The position numbers were made by a program, and so were the translations under genes. The notes beneath the pieces are model-generated. The model worked only from the letters and a program-made list of their open reading frames with translations, was not told where the DNA came from and ran no database searches. Below are positions 28,233-37,852 of a stretch of DNA of 64,000 nt, piece after piece. How positions within the stretch are numbered: position 1 is the stretch's first letter; each line of letters begins with the position of its first letter. The DNA comes from Candidatus Poribacteria bacterium (GTDB lineage: Bacteria; Poribacteria; WGA-4E; PCPOR2b): positions 1,280,001 through 1,344,000 of the forward strand of contig OZ220744.1 in NCBI GenBank assembly GCA_965116925.1. The letters are read 5' to 3'.

Positions 28233-31200
28233 TCATTTCTCCGATGGCTGTTTGTCATCTTCCGGGTTCTGACCATTCAAACGCCACTCCTCAGATTGCC
28301 GCTCTAGTCTCCCATAATCCTCTGGATTCTGAATATCAATGATATGCGGTGTGATAATGATGACAACCTCAGAATTTTCTGCTACGGTTTCCGTCTTTTT
28401 GAAGATACTACCGATAAAGGGAAGATCTCCTAGAATAGGCAGCTTGCTTTCGATTTGCTGGCGTTTCTCCTTTATCATGCCTCCCACCACGATCTGTTGT
28501 CCATCTTCTACATCAATGAAGGCACTGATTGAGCTGTCCTCCGTGATAGGCGCGTTGAAATCGGTGAACTCTACAAAATTGCTTAAAGTGATCTGGTCGA
28601 TGTCTAAGCCGATAGTGCGTTTTTTGGTATCTGCTGTCTGTGATTTCGCGATATGCGGCGTAAGCGTGATAGTGACCCCAACCGGTGGGTCAATGAAGTC
28701 GTAGTTGAACAGCGGCTGCGTCAGATTATCAGCCAGACTCGTAACATCTGCGCTTTGCAGAAACGGGACGCGTCTGCCAGAACTCCATGTTGCCTCACGA
28801 TTATCGCGTGTGAGCAGTGCCGGCGTTGATATGGTCTGCACCTTATTTTCGCGTATCAACGTGTGGAGCAAAGCCATATATTCCTTTGTTGCCAAGCTAA
28901 TGTTGAAGCCGCTGATTTCCTGATTCAATCCAAGTTCTGCTCCGAACTCTCCGACGAGCGGGTTGCGATTTCGGACCTCTGCACCGAACAAGCCACGTTC
29001 TCGTGCTGTCAACTCCACCCCAAGTTTCGTGCTCTCATCAAGGGTCACTTCGAGGATCTGTATATCAATCCAAACCTGTCCCCGCACAAAGTCAAGTTCA
29101 CGGATCATAGCTTCTACCTGCTCCATGTACCGTTGCGCCGTCGTCACGAGCACCGAATTGGTTTGGTTGTCCGCCTCGACTTGGACCTGACCCCGCAGCG
29201 AGTTGATGTCATTCTGTTCGAGCGTCCCGCCGCGTGCAAGGAAACGCCCAAAATTGAACCCACCACGGTCGTCTCCTGACTCTTCGCCCCACACATCTTC
29301 GAGCAGATCTTCAGTATCTTCGGCGTTTGCGTATTCGAGGCGAATCAGTTTGGTAACTTCTCGTTGTTCTTCAGGAGTTGGCGTGTCGAGCTCTTCGACA
29401 AATTGCGTAATGAGTGTAAAATTTCGTTGCGTCGCGGTGGAGATAATTATGGCGTTGAGTGTCGGGTAAGCCTCTGCGGTTACATTTCCAGCGAGGGATC
29501 CTTGGTTCTGATTCCGCGCCCGTCCGGGCACAAAAAAGAAGAAGCCACCACTTCTATTGTTCGAGCCTTGATAGACATTGTTAATAATATTGGCGACATT
29601 TTCTGCGTCCGCATATCGTAGCTTATAAATGCGAGTTCCCCACTCCTGATCGGGCATATTGACATCGAGACGGTTAATCAAGCTGTCAATCGTCTCAAAG
29701 TTTTGGGAAGCTGTCGAGACTAGCAGGGCGTTCAAGCGGGTATCCGGCACAAGGTGAACCTCCCCTTGGACCCCAAATCCGCCCTCGCTTCCACCCCGAT
29801 CCTCATTCCGACGACGCCACCACCACGGCATGTCGTCATCCCGACCGGAATCGCCGCCTTCAAAGAGATCGCGCAGGTTGTCGGATAGGCTTTGCGATTC
29901 GGCAAATTGAAGGAAGTAAATCCGGATCTCCTCTTGTGGATCCGCCTGATCGAGTTGTGCGATAATTTTCTCAATAATAGGAAAGTTTCGCGGATCGGAT
30001 GATACAAGCACAGCGTTCAAGCGATCGCTCGATGAGATATTTACCGCGCCGACGATACTTTGATAATCTTGATCGCCTTCAGCCCGCCTTCGCATCAGAT
30101 TTTGGCGACTTCGTTGCCACTCCCGCCGTTCCCACCATTCCGAATTGCTCCCAGGCCGCCTGCCGGCGCTCACGCCTGTGATCAACTCCTCAAGTACCTG
30201 TGCCACATCTTGAGCAATTGCATAATTTAGCCGAAAGATCCGAATCTCCGTTTGAATGCTCGGTGCCGTGTCGAGTTGTCTAATCAAATCTCTCAACACA
30301 ACGAGGTTGGCTTCGGAGGCTTTGACAACCAGCGAGTTTGAGCTCTCGTCCGCAGAAATCTGGATCCGCCCACGAATCATGTCGATGCCGCCGCCCTCCT
30401 CTCTCACACGCTCCATCATCTCCTGCATCTCTTCAGGCTTGCTCGTTGAACCCATCTTTCGCAAGAGGTTCGCAACCTCGCCTTCCTGCTGGAACACATT
30501 ATTCAAGGTCTGCGCAAGTGATGCCGCAGTGGCGTTCTGCAGCGGAATGATCTCCACTTTGAGCGGGGCTTCCGGTGCCTCATCCGTTACCTGCAAAATA
30601 GTTGCAATTCGATGAATATTGGAAGCGACGTCGGTAATAATCAACGAGTTACTATTACCATCCGCGAAAATATTCGCCGCTTTGCTCAACAGTGGTTTGA
30701 GACTATTCACTAGCTCCGATGCGACAGCACTGTTCAGTTGAATCATATATGTCTGGATCTCGTCGGTCTGTTCAATCAGACTTGGATCTGCCGTAATTCG
30801 CTTCACTGGCACTTTCATTCTGACTGCCTTCTCGAATGTCGTAATCAGCAAGGTATTATTCGTCCGAATCATGGTCAGATCGTATTGAGCAAGAACCGTT
30901 TTAATCTCTTCTAATGTTTCGTCGATTGTTACATTCTTGAGGTTAGTCAGTGCAAACTTCTTGTCCTTGATTTCGTTTTCGGAGGCAATAATCGTCAGAT
31001 TCGTCTCTGCGCTGATGAATTTAATTAAACTTTGCAGATTCCCGCTTGGAAAGTCAAAGTTAAATCGAATCGCTTGACCGGCTTCGTCGCGTTCAGCAAC
31101 TTCCATCCCTCTCTGATCAGCCTCCTGTGCCAACACTGATGCAGTAAAAAATCCGGCAATGCAACCAATGGATATTGATAACATAACAAAGATAAGTGCC

Positions 31201-31295
31201 CGCGCGGCAGTTGGAAAACGGGAGTGCTTGTTTTCCCGCTGTCTCGTTTTCTCGTTGGTCAGGTACTTATAACATCTGAATTGTCGTAAACACAT
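28233..31295 (-). CDS. gspD: Type II secretion secretin with six Secretin_N repeats
   Basis: N0 domain, repeated 'I..L.YA.A' N domains, QVWIDIQILEV and KLPILGDLPFIG..IITPHII. Confidence 0.9.
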   Translation of the reverse strand: MCLRQFRCYKYLTNEKTRQRENKHSRFPTAARALIFVMLSISIGCIAGFFTASVLAQEADQRGMEVAERDEAGQAIRFNFDFPSGNLQSLIKFISAETNLTIIASENEIKDKKFALTNLKNVTIDETLEEIKTVLAQYDLTMIRTNNTLLITTFEKAVRMKVPVKRITADPSLIEQTDEIQTYMIQLNSAVASELVNSLKPLLSKAANIFADGNSNSLIITDVASNIHRIATILQVTDEAPEAPLKVEIIPLQNATAASLAQTLNNVFQQEGEVANLLRKMGSTSKPEEMQEMMERVREEGGGIDMIRGRIQISADESSNSLVVKASEANLVVLRDLIRQLDTAPSIQTEIRIFRLNYAIAQDVAQVLEELITGVSAGRRPGSNSEWWERREWQRSRQNLMRRRAEGDQDYQSIVGAVNISSSDRLNAVLVSSDPRNFPIIEKIIAQLDQADPQEEIRIYFLQFAESQSLSDNLRDLFEGGDSGRDDDMPWWWRRRNEDRGGSEGGFGVQGEVHLVPDTRLNALLVSTASQNFETIDSLINRLDVNMPDQEWGTRIYKLRYADAENVANIINNVYQGSNNRSGGFFFFVPGRARNQNQGSLAGNVTAEAYPTLNAIIISTATQRNFTLITQFVEELDTPTPEEQREVTKLIRLEYANAEDTEDLLEDVWGEESGDDRGGFNFGRFLARGGTLEQNDINSLRGQVQVEADNQTNSVLVTTAQRYMEQVEAMIRELDFVRGQVWIDIQILEVTLDESTKLGVELTARERGLFGAEVRNRNPLVGEFGAELGLNQEISGFNISLATKEYMALLHTLIRENKVQTISTPALLTRDNREATWSSGRRVPFLQSADVTSLADNLTQPLFNYDFIDPPVGVTITLTPHIAKSQTADTKKRTIGLDIDQITLSNFVEFTDFNAPITEDSSISAFIDVEDGQQIVVGGMIKEKRQQIESKLPILGDLPFIGSIFKKTETVAENSEVVIIITPHIIDIQNPEDYGRLERQSEEWRLNGQNPEDDKQPSEK

Positions 31296-31445
31296 TGTCA
31301 AAACCTTCCTTTAAACATTTGGAGAAAATAGAACGCTAGAACACAGAGAAACAAAGAAAAAAACTCGCCCCTTTGGGTTTCATCACGTCTCACGAGCACA
31401 TCACGAAAGGCAGAAACCTTCTCACATTTTACGTTTCACGTTTCA

Positions 31446-32897
31446 TTATAGCACCCTAGCGATCATTGAGAGATTTGCACTGATGGTCGTTTCCTTTTTG
31501 TCCGCTATAGTGATTTGCAGATCTCTGACCTGCAACCATTTCGAGCTTGATTCAATTGCGTAAATGAGTCGAACCACGCGCTCAATCCTGTTACTAAAGC
31601 GCATATCAACGATGTAAGTCTCAGGCTGATGGGTAGAGGGAACAGAGGCAAGCCAACTGTGCAGTTGATCTTCTCGTTCCAAAATCTGATCAACGTATTG
31701 GGTGAGCGCACGGAGTTGCCGGTCGTAATCCAACGTCCTTTCAGTATCTTCTGCATAATATTTCTCATAGCGATTAATTAATGTCTCGAATTTCGACAGT
31801 AGGACACTGTTAGGCTTGAACTTAATAGCCGTTGTCTGCTTTCTGGCACCGATGCCCAAAAATCCACCACTCGCTTCGTCGGTTTCTGCAGCGATTTGAG
31901 CCGCAAGAAATCCCCCCCTAAATTCAACTGTACCAGCCAGTTGTTGTTCCAGGTTTGATTGGATGAACTGTAGCAATTCGATTCGCAGCGTTAAAGGGAT
32001 TACCTCTGGTAGCGATATGAATTGCCGATTAGCTGCTCGATCCAGCGATTGCGGCGTTGATGGCTTATCCTTCGTTAGTGTGGAATCGACTTCCGAATCA
32101 GGCTCTTCAACTGTATCATCATCGACTGCCCGCTCTTCGGATTCGATTTCTGTTACGCCTTCCTGACCCTCATCTTCTGTATCATCTTTCCCCCACCAAG
32201 CATCGAACATGGCTTCCATCGTCGCTTCTTCAGTTTCGATTTGTCGCTGCTCCTCTTTTTCCTCTATGGCACTTTGTTGTGATTCTAACTGTTGGAGCTC
32301 GTTCGCTAGCTCGCCTAAATAAAGATGGTACACTAGATTTTTCTTCGCTTGCAATGGGAGATTCTCAGATTTTGCACCCGGCATTGGCCTAATATTGAGT
32401 TGATAATTGGGGCGCAACCCTGCTTTGCGCGCAAGATCGGAGATTCGTCTTGAAATTACCGCTTGAGCCTGCTCCCCCTCGAAGATAGGCCCTCGTATCT
32501 CCTTTAGCTTGGCTAAACTTTCAAATTCGCCGTAATGCTTCTTATAGGCGAGCAGGGAATCTGCTTTATTTTCAAGGGCAGGGTGCAGTACCGCCAGGGC
32601 GGCTGCGCGGTTTGCTCGGTTGAGGGCTTTCAAATCAACCCGATTTACAATCTCTTTAAACAGAGAATCAGAGATAATCTGACCTTCTAAACCGACCTGC
32701 GCTTGAATCTCCCGGTCAATTTGCTGCGTGACTTGAGCAAGTTGGACCAAGTTCTGTGCTGTTTCCAATTTCTCTTGTTTAGCAGCGAGTTCATCGCCCG
32801 GAAACCATTGCCGAATTATCGGCTCGATAAGAAGAATCAAGAGCACAAGACCAACGACAGCAAGTAAAACGATTTCACGCCGTGTAAGTTTTCTCAT
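31446..32897 (-). CDS. GspM/PilO-like inner-membrane protein with large insertions
   Basis: MRKLTRRE plus TM start; C-terminal 'LIYAIESS..LQVRDLQI' ferredoxin-like fold; position in operon. Confidence 0.65.
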   Translation of the reverse strand: MRKLTRREIVLLAVVGLVLLILLIEPIIRQWFPGDELAAKQEKLETAQNLVQLAQVTQQIDREIQAQVGLEGQIISDSLFKEIVNRVDLKALNRANRAAALAVLHPALENKADSLLAYKKHYGEFESLAKLKEIRGPIFEGEQAQAVISRRISDLARKAGLRPNYQLNIRPMPGAKSENLPLQAKKNLVYHLYLGELANELQQLESQQSAIEEKEEQRQIETEEATMEAMFDAWWGKDDTEDEGQEGVTEIESEERAVDDDTVEEPDSEVDSTLTKDKPSTPQSLDRAANRQFISLPEVIPLTLRIELLQFIQSNLEQQLAGTVEFRGGFLAAQIAAETDEASGGFLGIGARKQTTAIKFKPNSVLLSKFETLINRYEKYYAEDTERTLDYDRQLRALTQYVDQILEREDQLHSWLASVPSTHQPETYIVDMRFSNRIERVVRLIYAIESSSKWLQVRDLQITIADKKETTISANLSMIARVL

Positions 32898-34597
32898 TTG
32901 CCGACCTTCTTTTTTTCTAGGACATCGCTTTTCTGATTACTACTTTCGGATCTGCTAGGCACATTGTGATTGAGGTTACGGGTTTGGGCAAACTGATGTA
33001 TCGCATCTTTTGATAGATTGCAGGTAATCTGCGCCTGAAAAATTGGCGTCTTATCGCGTTCAATGCTCGTAACCTGACCAGATTTGATATTCGTAAATGC
33101 CCCTGATTGTGCCATAGTGCTTATTGTCTGACTCACATCTTGGTGCGATTGGGCTTCGATGTTAAAAGTAATCTTCGCTCTTTCAAGGTCATCTAATCTA
33201 GTGATGTTAAGTGTTGTCCAAGCGACTTTTGTACGGTCAGAAAACCGTACGCTCAATTCACGCACTATATCGAGTGGGGAAACACGAGGTGCTAAAAGAT
33301 TTACGATGGCTAAATCTTTGGTCAATGTTCTTTTTGCGTTGGATTCGGCTTGGCTGATGTTTCTGATCGCTCCATCCAGAGCAACAATTTTCGCCTGATG
33401 GATTCTGCTCTGCGTCAGTCCGCCCAACCCAAGCCCTACTAGCAGCACCAATCCAGCTGCAACAGCCATTAGCGTCCGCTTCCGCTGTTGGGCTTGTGTC
33501 AGTTTCATCTTCTCTTCTGAAGGAAGCAGGTCCAAGGAGATCTGGGAGGTCAACGCATTAACGCCTAGCCCCAATGCAACAGCAAGTGTATCGCTGAAAC
33601 CGTCAACAGATTGAGCGTCGGAGCGTTGTTCGTCCCACACTTCTTTGAACGCATCAAGTGGATTCCAGAGCAGGACTGGTACTTCTAACCGATCCGCGAT
33701 ATAGCCTGTTAGTCCAGAAATCCGCGCACCACCGCCACACAGCCAGATTTCACGAACGATACTATCCCCATTAATGTTGAGTTCCCGTTTCGCCCCGTTG
33801 ATAGAACGCTTCAACTCTGCGACCAGTCCATCCGCCCAGGCGTACGACGGATTGGTGGCTTGAAGGTGCTGATTCAGCACAGCATCCATAATTTTTCGAC
33901 GTTCAGCAATCTCAAAATCGCTCCCCGTTTCTTGCTGATAGAGATGCGTCAGATGATTTCCACCAATGGGAAAACTCCGTGAGAACCGTAGGGCATCTCC
34001 AGCTAGCAAGCAGAGGTCTGTCCGCCCCGCACCAATATCCACAATCATTGTCATTTCAGTTGATGAATCATCTTTGTGGCTTGCTATACCCGCCAACACA
34101 CTCGTTGCCAGTATCGAAGGCATCACACCTTTAGGTGTAATACCGAGTGGTTTCAGATAATCGATCTGCTGTTGTACCGTCTCACGCCGTGCAGCGATCA
34201 GTTCAACGGAAATACCATCCTCCGAGCGATGCACGTCATGGTGGTCATAGATAGCACCTTCCACCCGGAAGGGGAGTTCCGTCTCTGCTTGCATGGCAAC
34301 TAGACTAGCGAGTTGGTCATCTGTTGCAGCAGCAGGCAGGTTTGTCAGGCGACGCGACGTAACCAATAAGCGGGGAATTGATAACACCACTGAAGCACTA
34401 CGACCACCCACGCGTCTCCAGAGACGCTGTAAGGTTTCGGAGATCACTTCAGTCGGGATTTCCGCCGTTGGGTTGGTATGGGGATAGGGTTCCACCTCCG
34501 CGTTCACGAGGCGAATTCCGGCCGCAGTCTGTTCTAGCTGCACCAACTTAATCGCGCTTGTCCCAATATCAATGGATACGATTTGATTCTTCGCCAT
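32894..34597 (-). CDS. PilM-PilN fusion (GspL equivalent)
   Basis: SIDIGTSAIKLV, VDIGAGRT, LCGGGA, LDLLP, a TM segment and a PilN-like periplasmic domain. Confidence 0.85.
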   Translation of the reverse strand: MAKNQIVSIDIGTSAIKLVQLEQTAAGIRLVNAEVEPYPHTNPTAEIPTEVISETLQRLWRRVGGRSASVVLSIPRLLVTSRRLTNLPAAATDDQLASLVAMQAETELPFRVEGAIYDHHDVHRSEDGISVELIAARRETVQQQIDYLKPLGITPKGVMPSILATSVLAGIASHKDDSSTEMTMIVDIGAGRTDLCLLAGDALRFSRSFPIGGNHLTHLYQQETGSDFEIAERRKIMDAVLNQHLQATNPSYAWADGLVAELKRSINGAKRELNINGDSIVREIWLCGGGARISGLTGYIADRLEVPVLLWNPLDAFKEVWDEQRSDAQSVDGFSDTLAVALGLGVNALTSQISLDLLPSEEKMKLTQAQQRKRTLMAVAAGLVLLVGLGLGGLTQSRIHQAKIVALDGAIRNISQAESNAKRTLTKDLAIVNLLAPRVSPLDIVRELSVRFSDRTKVAWTTLNITRLDDLERAKITFNIEAQSHQDVSQTISTMAQSGAFTNIKSGQVTSIERDKTPIFQAQITCNLSKDAIHQFAQTRNLNHNVPSRSESSNQKSDVLEKKKVGK

Positions 34598-34695
34598 GTC
34601 TCCCTCTACGGCAGATTAAAGTGTCTGAAATTCCAACTGCTTTTTCTTCATATCCCAGCAATGTATTTCTCTCCCAGAAAGTTCCATCGGCGCAC

Positions 34696-36243
34696 CTAAT
34701 TCTGTCTCCAATACTTGGTCACAATCTGTTCCCCAGTGCGATCAAGGGCACCAACACAAGAGGCAACCGTTTTGCCGAGATTGTCAACCCCTTCAGTTTC
34801 AATCAGAAAACCGTGTGACCGATAGGTAACCAACTCTGCGATCTGACGGAAAGTCCCCATATCAATCCCCTCAACCTCAAGCAGCTGATTGATGCGCTCA
34901 AAAGGATTTCCCTCAACCCCAGCTGCTTCCAATGCTTCAGCCCGCTCACTGTCTTCAGGTTGTGATTCGCGACGACTAATAATTGCACCCGCTTTGTCCA
35001 CGTCCATGCCCGGCAAAAGTTGTAATATCTCCTGCGGTGCCGTGTTGATGTTAATGAACCCGTTGACTATTGCGTCATCCTTTGTGGTAATTCGATCGAC
35101 TATGCTACCAAACTCATCCTCCGTTATCAGCTTTACCTCTTTGAGTTGATCAACATTTTGGAAGTTACCTTGACTGTTACGGTGGTCGACAATCCGTTCA
35201 GCGATACCCTCATCAATACCATCTAACGTCTGCAACTCTCCAGCATCGGCGGTGTTGATATTGACGATATCCTCCTCTTCGTCATTGCTTTCTATACTGA
35301 TCCGCTCGCGGATATTGTTAAAAACCTGCTCCGTGACCGCCGTTGCATCAATCAGATCGCCGATACTATCGAACTCACGCTGTTGAACCAATGCGTCCTT
35401 TTCCCCTTGGGAGAAAACGGGCTGATTGTTGTTCCCTCGGATCTGGGTCAGCTGCTGTCCGTCCGCGTTGTTAATGTTGACACGTGCATTGCCATTTGCA
35501 TCCGTATTTTTGTCGATCGAATAGACTGTCACCAGATCGACCAATCCGGGAACGTTTTGCTGCGTCCCTGTCGCGTCCATTCCTATATTACTACCTGTGC
35601 CCTCGACTGCATTTGGGGCTGCAGCAACCTGTTGCCCATAGAGCAGTGCCGATGTCATACCTTCGACTCGCGCTAAGTCCCGCACAGTGCGGTAGGGTCT
35701 TCCCTGCTCAATCACTTCAGCAAGTGATTGTTCCGTTGCTCCAACCTCTTGATAGCCCATCAGGGTCAATAGCCCTTGAATCATACTCACATCTGCCGTA
35801 TTGATGTTAATCTTGGCACCTTCATCGGTGATTTTAACGCGATAGATGAGGGGACGTGCAGCTTCAATACCCTCTCCTATCTGTTCTTCTAACCCCTCCG
35901 CCCAATTTTCTCCAAGTGAATCGTAAGGGGTTTCATCCCCACGAAGCATCACAACTGCTCGCTCAAACCCCGCCTTTGCGGCATAGTGGAACTTGGTTCG
36001 ATCCGCGAAATTTGCCTGCGCTCGCTGCTCTAGACGAATCGAATACAGAAAGTGCGTTGCAAGGACCGAAAGAACTGTCAGCAACCAGAGTGTCGAGATA
36101 AGAGAAAGTCCACACTCGCAGCGGACCAAAAAACGGGCAAATTGACTTTCCCGTTTTCTGGTTTTCTGGTTTTCTCGTTTTCGGGATGGCTCTGTACCTT
36201 TTGCGTCTTTGCGGTAAAAATCCGATTTATCCGCGATCGACAT
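34696..36243 (-). CDS. gspK: GspK minor pseudopilin with extra HhH repeats
   Basis: G|LSLISTLWLL, DSLGENW and DEGAKININ motifs; four NIN(T/N)A repeats. Confidence 0.85.
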   Translation of the reverse strand: MSIADKSDFYRKDAKGTEPSRKRENQKTRKRESQFARFLVRCECGLSLISTLWLLTVLSVLATHFLYSIRLEQRAQANFADRTKFHYAAKAGFERAVVMLRGDETPYDSLGENWAEGLEEQIGEGIEAARPLIYRVKITDEGAKININTADVSMIQGLLTLMGYQEVGATEQSLAEVIEQGRPYRTVRDLARVEGMTSALLYGQQVAAAPNAVEGTGSNIGMDATGTQQNVPGLVDLVTVYSIDKNTDANGNARVNINNADGQQLTQIRGNNNQPVFSQGEKDALVQQREFDSIGDLIDATAVTEQVFNNIRERISIESNDEEEDIVNINTADAGELQTLDGIDEGIAERIVDHRNSQGNFQNVDQLKEVKLITEDEFGSIVDRITTKDDAIVNGFININTAPQEILQLLPGMDVDKAGAIISRRESQPEDSERAEALEAAGVEGNPFERINQLLEVEGIDMGTFRQIAELVTYRSHGFLIETEGVDNLGKTVASCVGALDRTGEQIVTKYWRQN

Positions 36244-36261
36244 TACATATTATTCCTTTCT

Positions 36262-36371
36262 GGCTCATATAAAAAGAAAGTGCAAAATACCGAAAGAAAT
36301 CGTAGGCGGGGCATCTTGCCCCGCCCGTGCCAAAAACTTAATTTCTATTGCACGCTTTCTTAACATGAGCT
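36262..36371. mobile_element. MITE shell family B with GTAG-REP cargo
   Basis: Perfect 8-bp TSD TCCTTTCT (36254-36261, 36372-36379). Confidence 0.85.
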
Positions 36372-36383
36372 TCCTTTCTTTCC

Positions 36384-37292
36384 TCATCCACCCGGTCCTG
36401 CTGCACCGGTTCCACCGGCCGGTTGTTCACTGAAGTTCGCACTCATAGGCAGATAAACCATTGTCGATTGGGTTCTGGTATTAGTGCCGGTATTCTGACG
36501 CTGCCGACCGCTTTCACCCGCGACTGTTACCCAGACGACAACGGATGCCGGAATCATTTCGGTGTCGTCCCACGACTCATACCACTCCTCGCCATCGTAG
36601 TATCTCAAATCAAAAGAGGTAATCTGATCGATGATTGGAACAATATTTACATAGATTGGATTCCCCGCTTCATCTTCAGTGGGAAGTGTGTCTGATTCGA
36701 GCAGCGGTTGGATAACGGTTTCCACATCCAAAGCTGTTGTTGACAATCGGTAAAGTGCTAATCCGCCCTCCGCTTCGCTGTCTGCCGTCAATAACCCTCC
36801 ACCCATATCCATCCGGTCCGCTTGCTCGTTTTCCAGTTGCCAAGCACTATCTTCTCCAATATAGTAAGCGATTCGCTGGACATCGCTTACAAGTTCCTCC
36901 TGACTGAAATCTTCATCTGTGATGACCGTTTGATTTCCCGCATTCAGTTGAGCGAGAAATGGATCGGGATCGGTATGAATCAACGTCACGAAACTGATTA
37001 AATCTCGGTCAATTCCTTCCTCGATCGGATTATCCTGCGACACAATGACGAGAGACTCATCGCCCTGTACAGCTTGCAGGTTGCTCAAGTCGGCGGCAAC
37101 TTGCTCTAATGCGATTCGACATTTCTGCGTCATCACGATCCGTGATTCAGACTTCTGGTAAACATCTAACGCAACATTGAACGCCGTGTAGGAGGCACCT
37201 CCAATAATGACCAGAATGCTGACAGCGACAAGCAATTCAAGCAAGGTAAAACCGTGGGCGTTGGATATAGACCGTGAAATGTGAGACCTCAT
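36384..37292 (-). CDS. gspJ: Minor pseudopilin GspJ
   Basis: HG|FTLLELLVA; FDLRYYDG..W..SWD; ATG overlaps the gspI stop. Confidence 0.8.
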   Translation of the reverse strand: MRSHISRSISNAHGFTLLELLVAVSILVIIGGASYTAFNVALDVYQKSESRIVMTQKCRIALEQVAADLSNLQAVQGDESLVIVSQDNPIEEGIDRDLISFVTLIHTDPDPFLAQLNAGNQTVITDEDFSQEELVSDVQRIAYYIGEDSAWQLENEQADRMDMGGGLLTADSEAEGGLALYRLSTTALDVETVIQPLLESDTLPTEDEAGNPIYVNIVPIIDQITSFDLRYYDGEEWYESWDDTEMIPASVVVWVTVAGESGRQRQNTGTNTRTQSTMVYLPMSANFSEQPAGGTGAAGPGG

Positions 37293-37852
37293 CCGCCACC
37301 CCCTTGTCCCTGTTGACCGCCCTGCGTCTGCTGCTGCGGCATCTGACGGTCTGCGAGATAGGTACTCGTTGAAATTAACCTTTCTTTGCCGCGCTCTTGC
37401 CACGTGACGGTAATGGTTACTAAGCGCAGCCCTTCAATCTCATCCGATTCCACATCTTGGACATCCGAATGCCAACGGAATCGTGAATCCTCTCCAAATT
37501 CACCCTCCTCTTCGCCTATATCCGGATACCCTTCAGATTCAATTGCCGCCATCCGAAATTTAAGGAGATACAGCGCGGTTGTTCTGTTTTCTGCCAATGC
37601 TTGCCCCTTTGCCGCTTCCGTAAAGGAACGCAGCAACGCCGGCAGAGCTAATGACAAAATGGCTAGCGTGACGACAATTTCGATTAGGGTAAAGCCGTTT
37701 TTGTCGTCTGCTGATCGGCGGAAAAATGAGAGGTTCTTGTTAAGAAAGCGTCCGACAGAAACCGTAGGGGCGGGGTTCCCCCGCCCGTGTTTCGCATCTT
37801 GCGCTTCCTTTTTATATGAGCCAAATGAGATTAGGTTATTCAGGGGGTTCAT
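37289..37852 (-). CDS. gspI: Minor pseudopilin GspI
   Basis: NG|FTLIEIVV, FRW and VTITVTW motifs. Confidence 0.82.
   Translation of the reverse strand: MNPLNNLISFGSYKKEAQDAKHGRGNPAPTVSVGRFLNKNLSFFRRSADDKNGFTLIEIVVTLAILSLALPALLRSFTEAAKGQALAENRTTALYLLKFRMAAIESEGYPDIGEEEGEFGEDSRFRWHSDVQDVESDEIEGLRLVTITVTWQERGKERLISTSTYLADRQMPQQQTQGGQQGQGGGG
37732..37822. mobile_element. MITE shell family B inside the gspI coding sequence
   Basis: Perfect 8-bp TSD AAATGAGA (37724-37731, 37823-37830). Confidence 0.88.

Noticed and set aside
37293..37403. Long gspJ start
   Set aside because: Overlaps gspI; ATG 37292 coupled to the gspI stop is more plausible.
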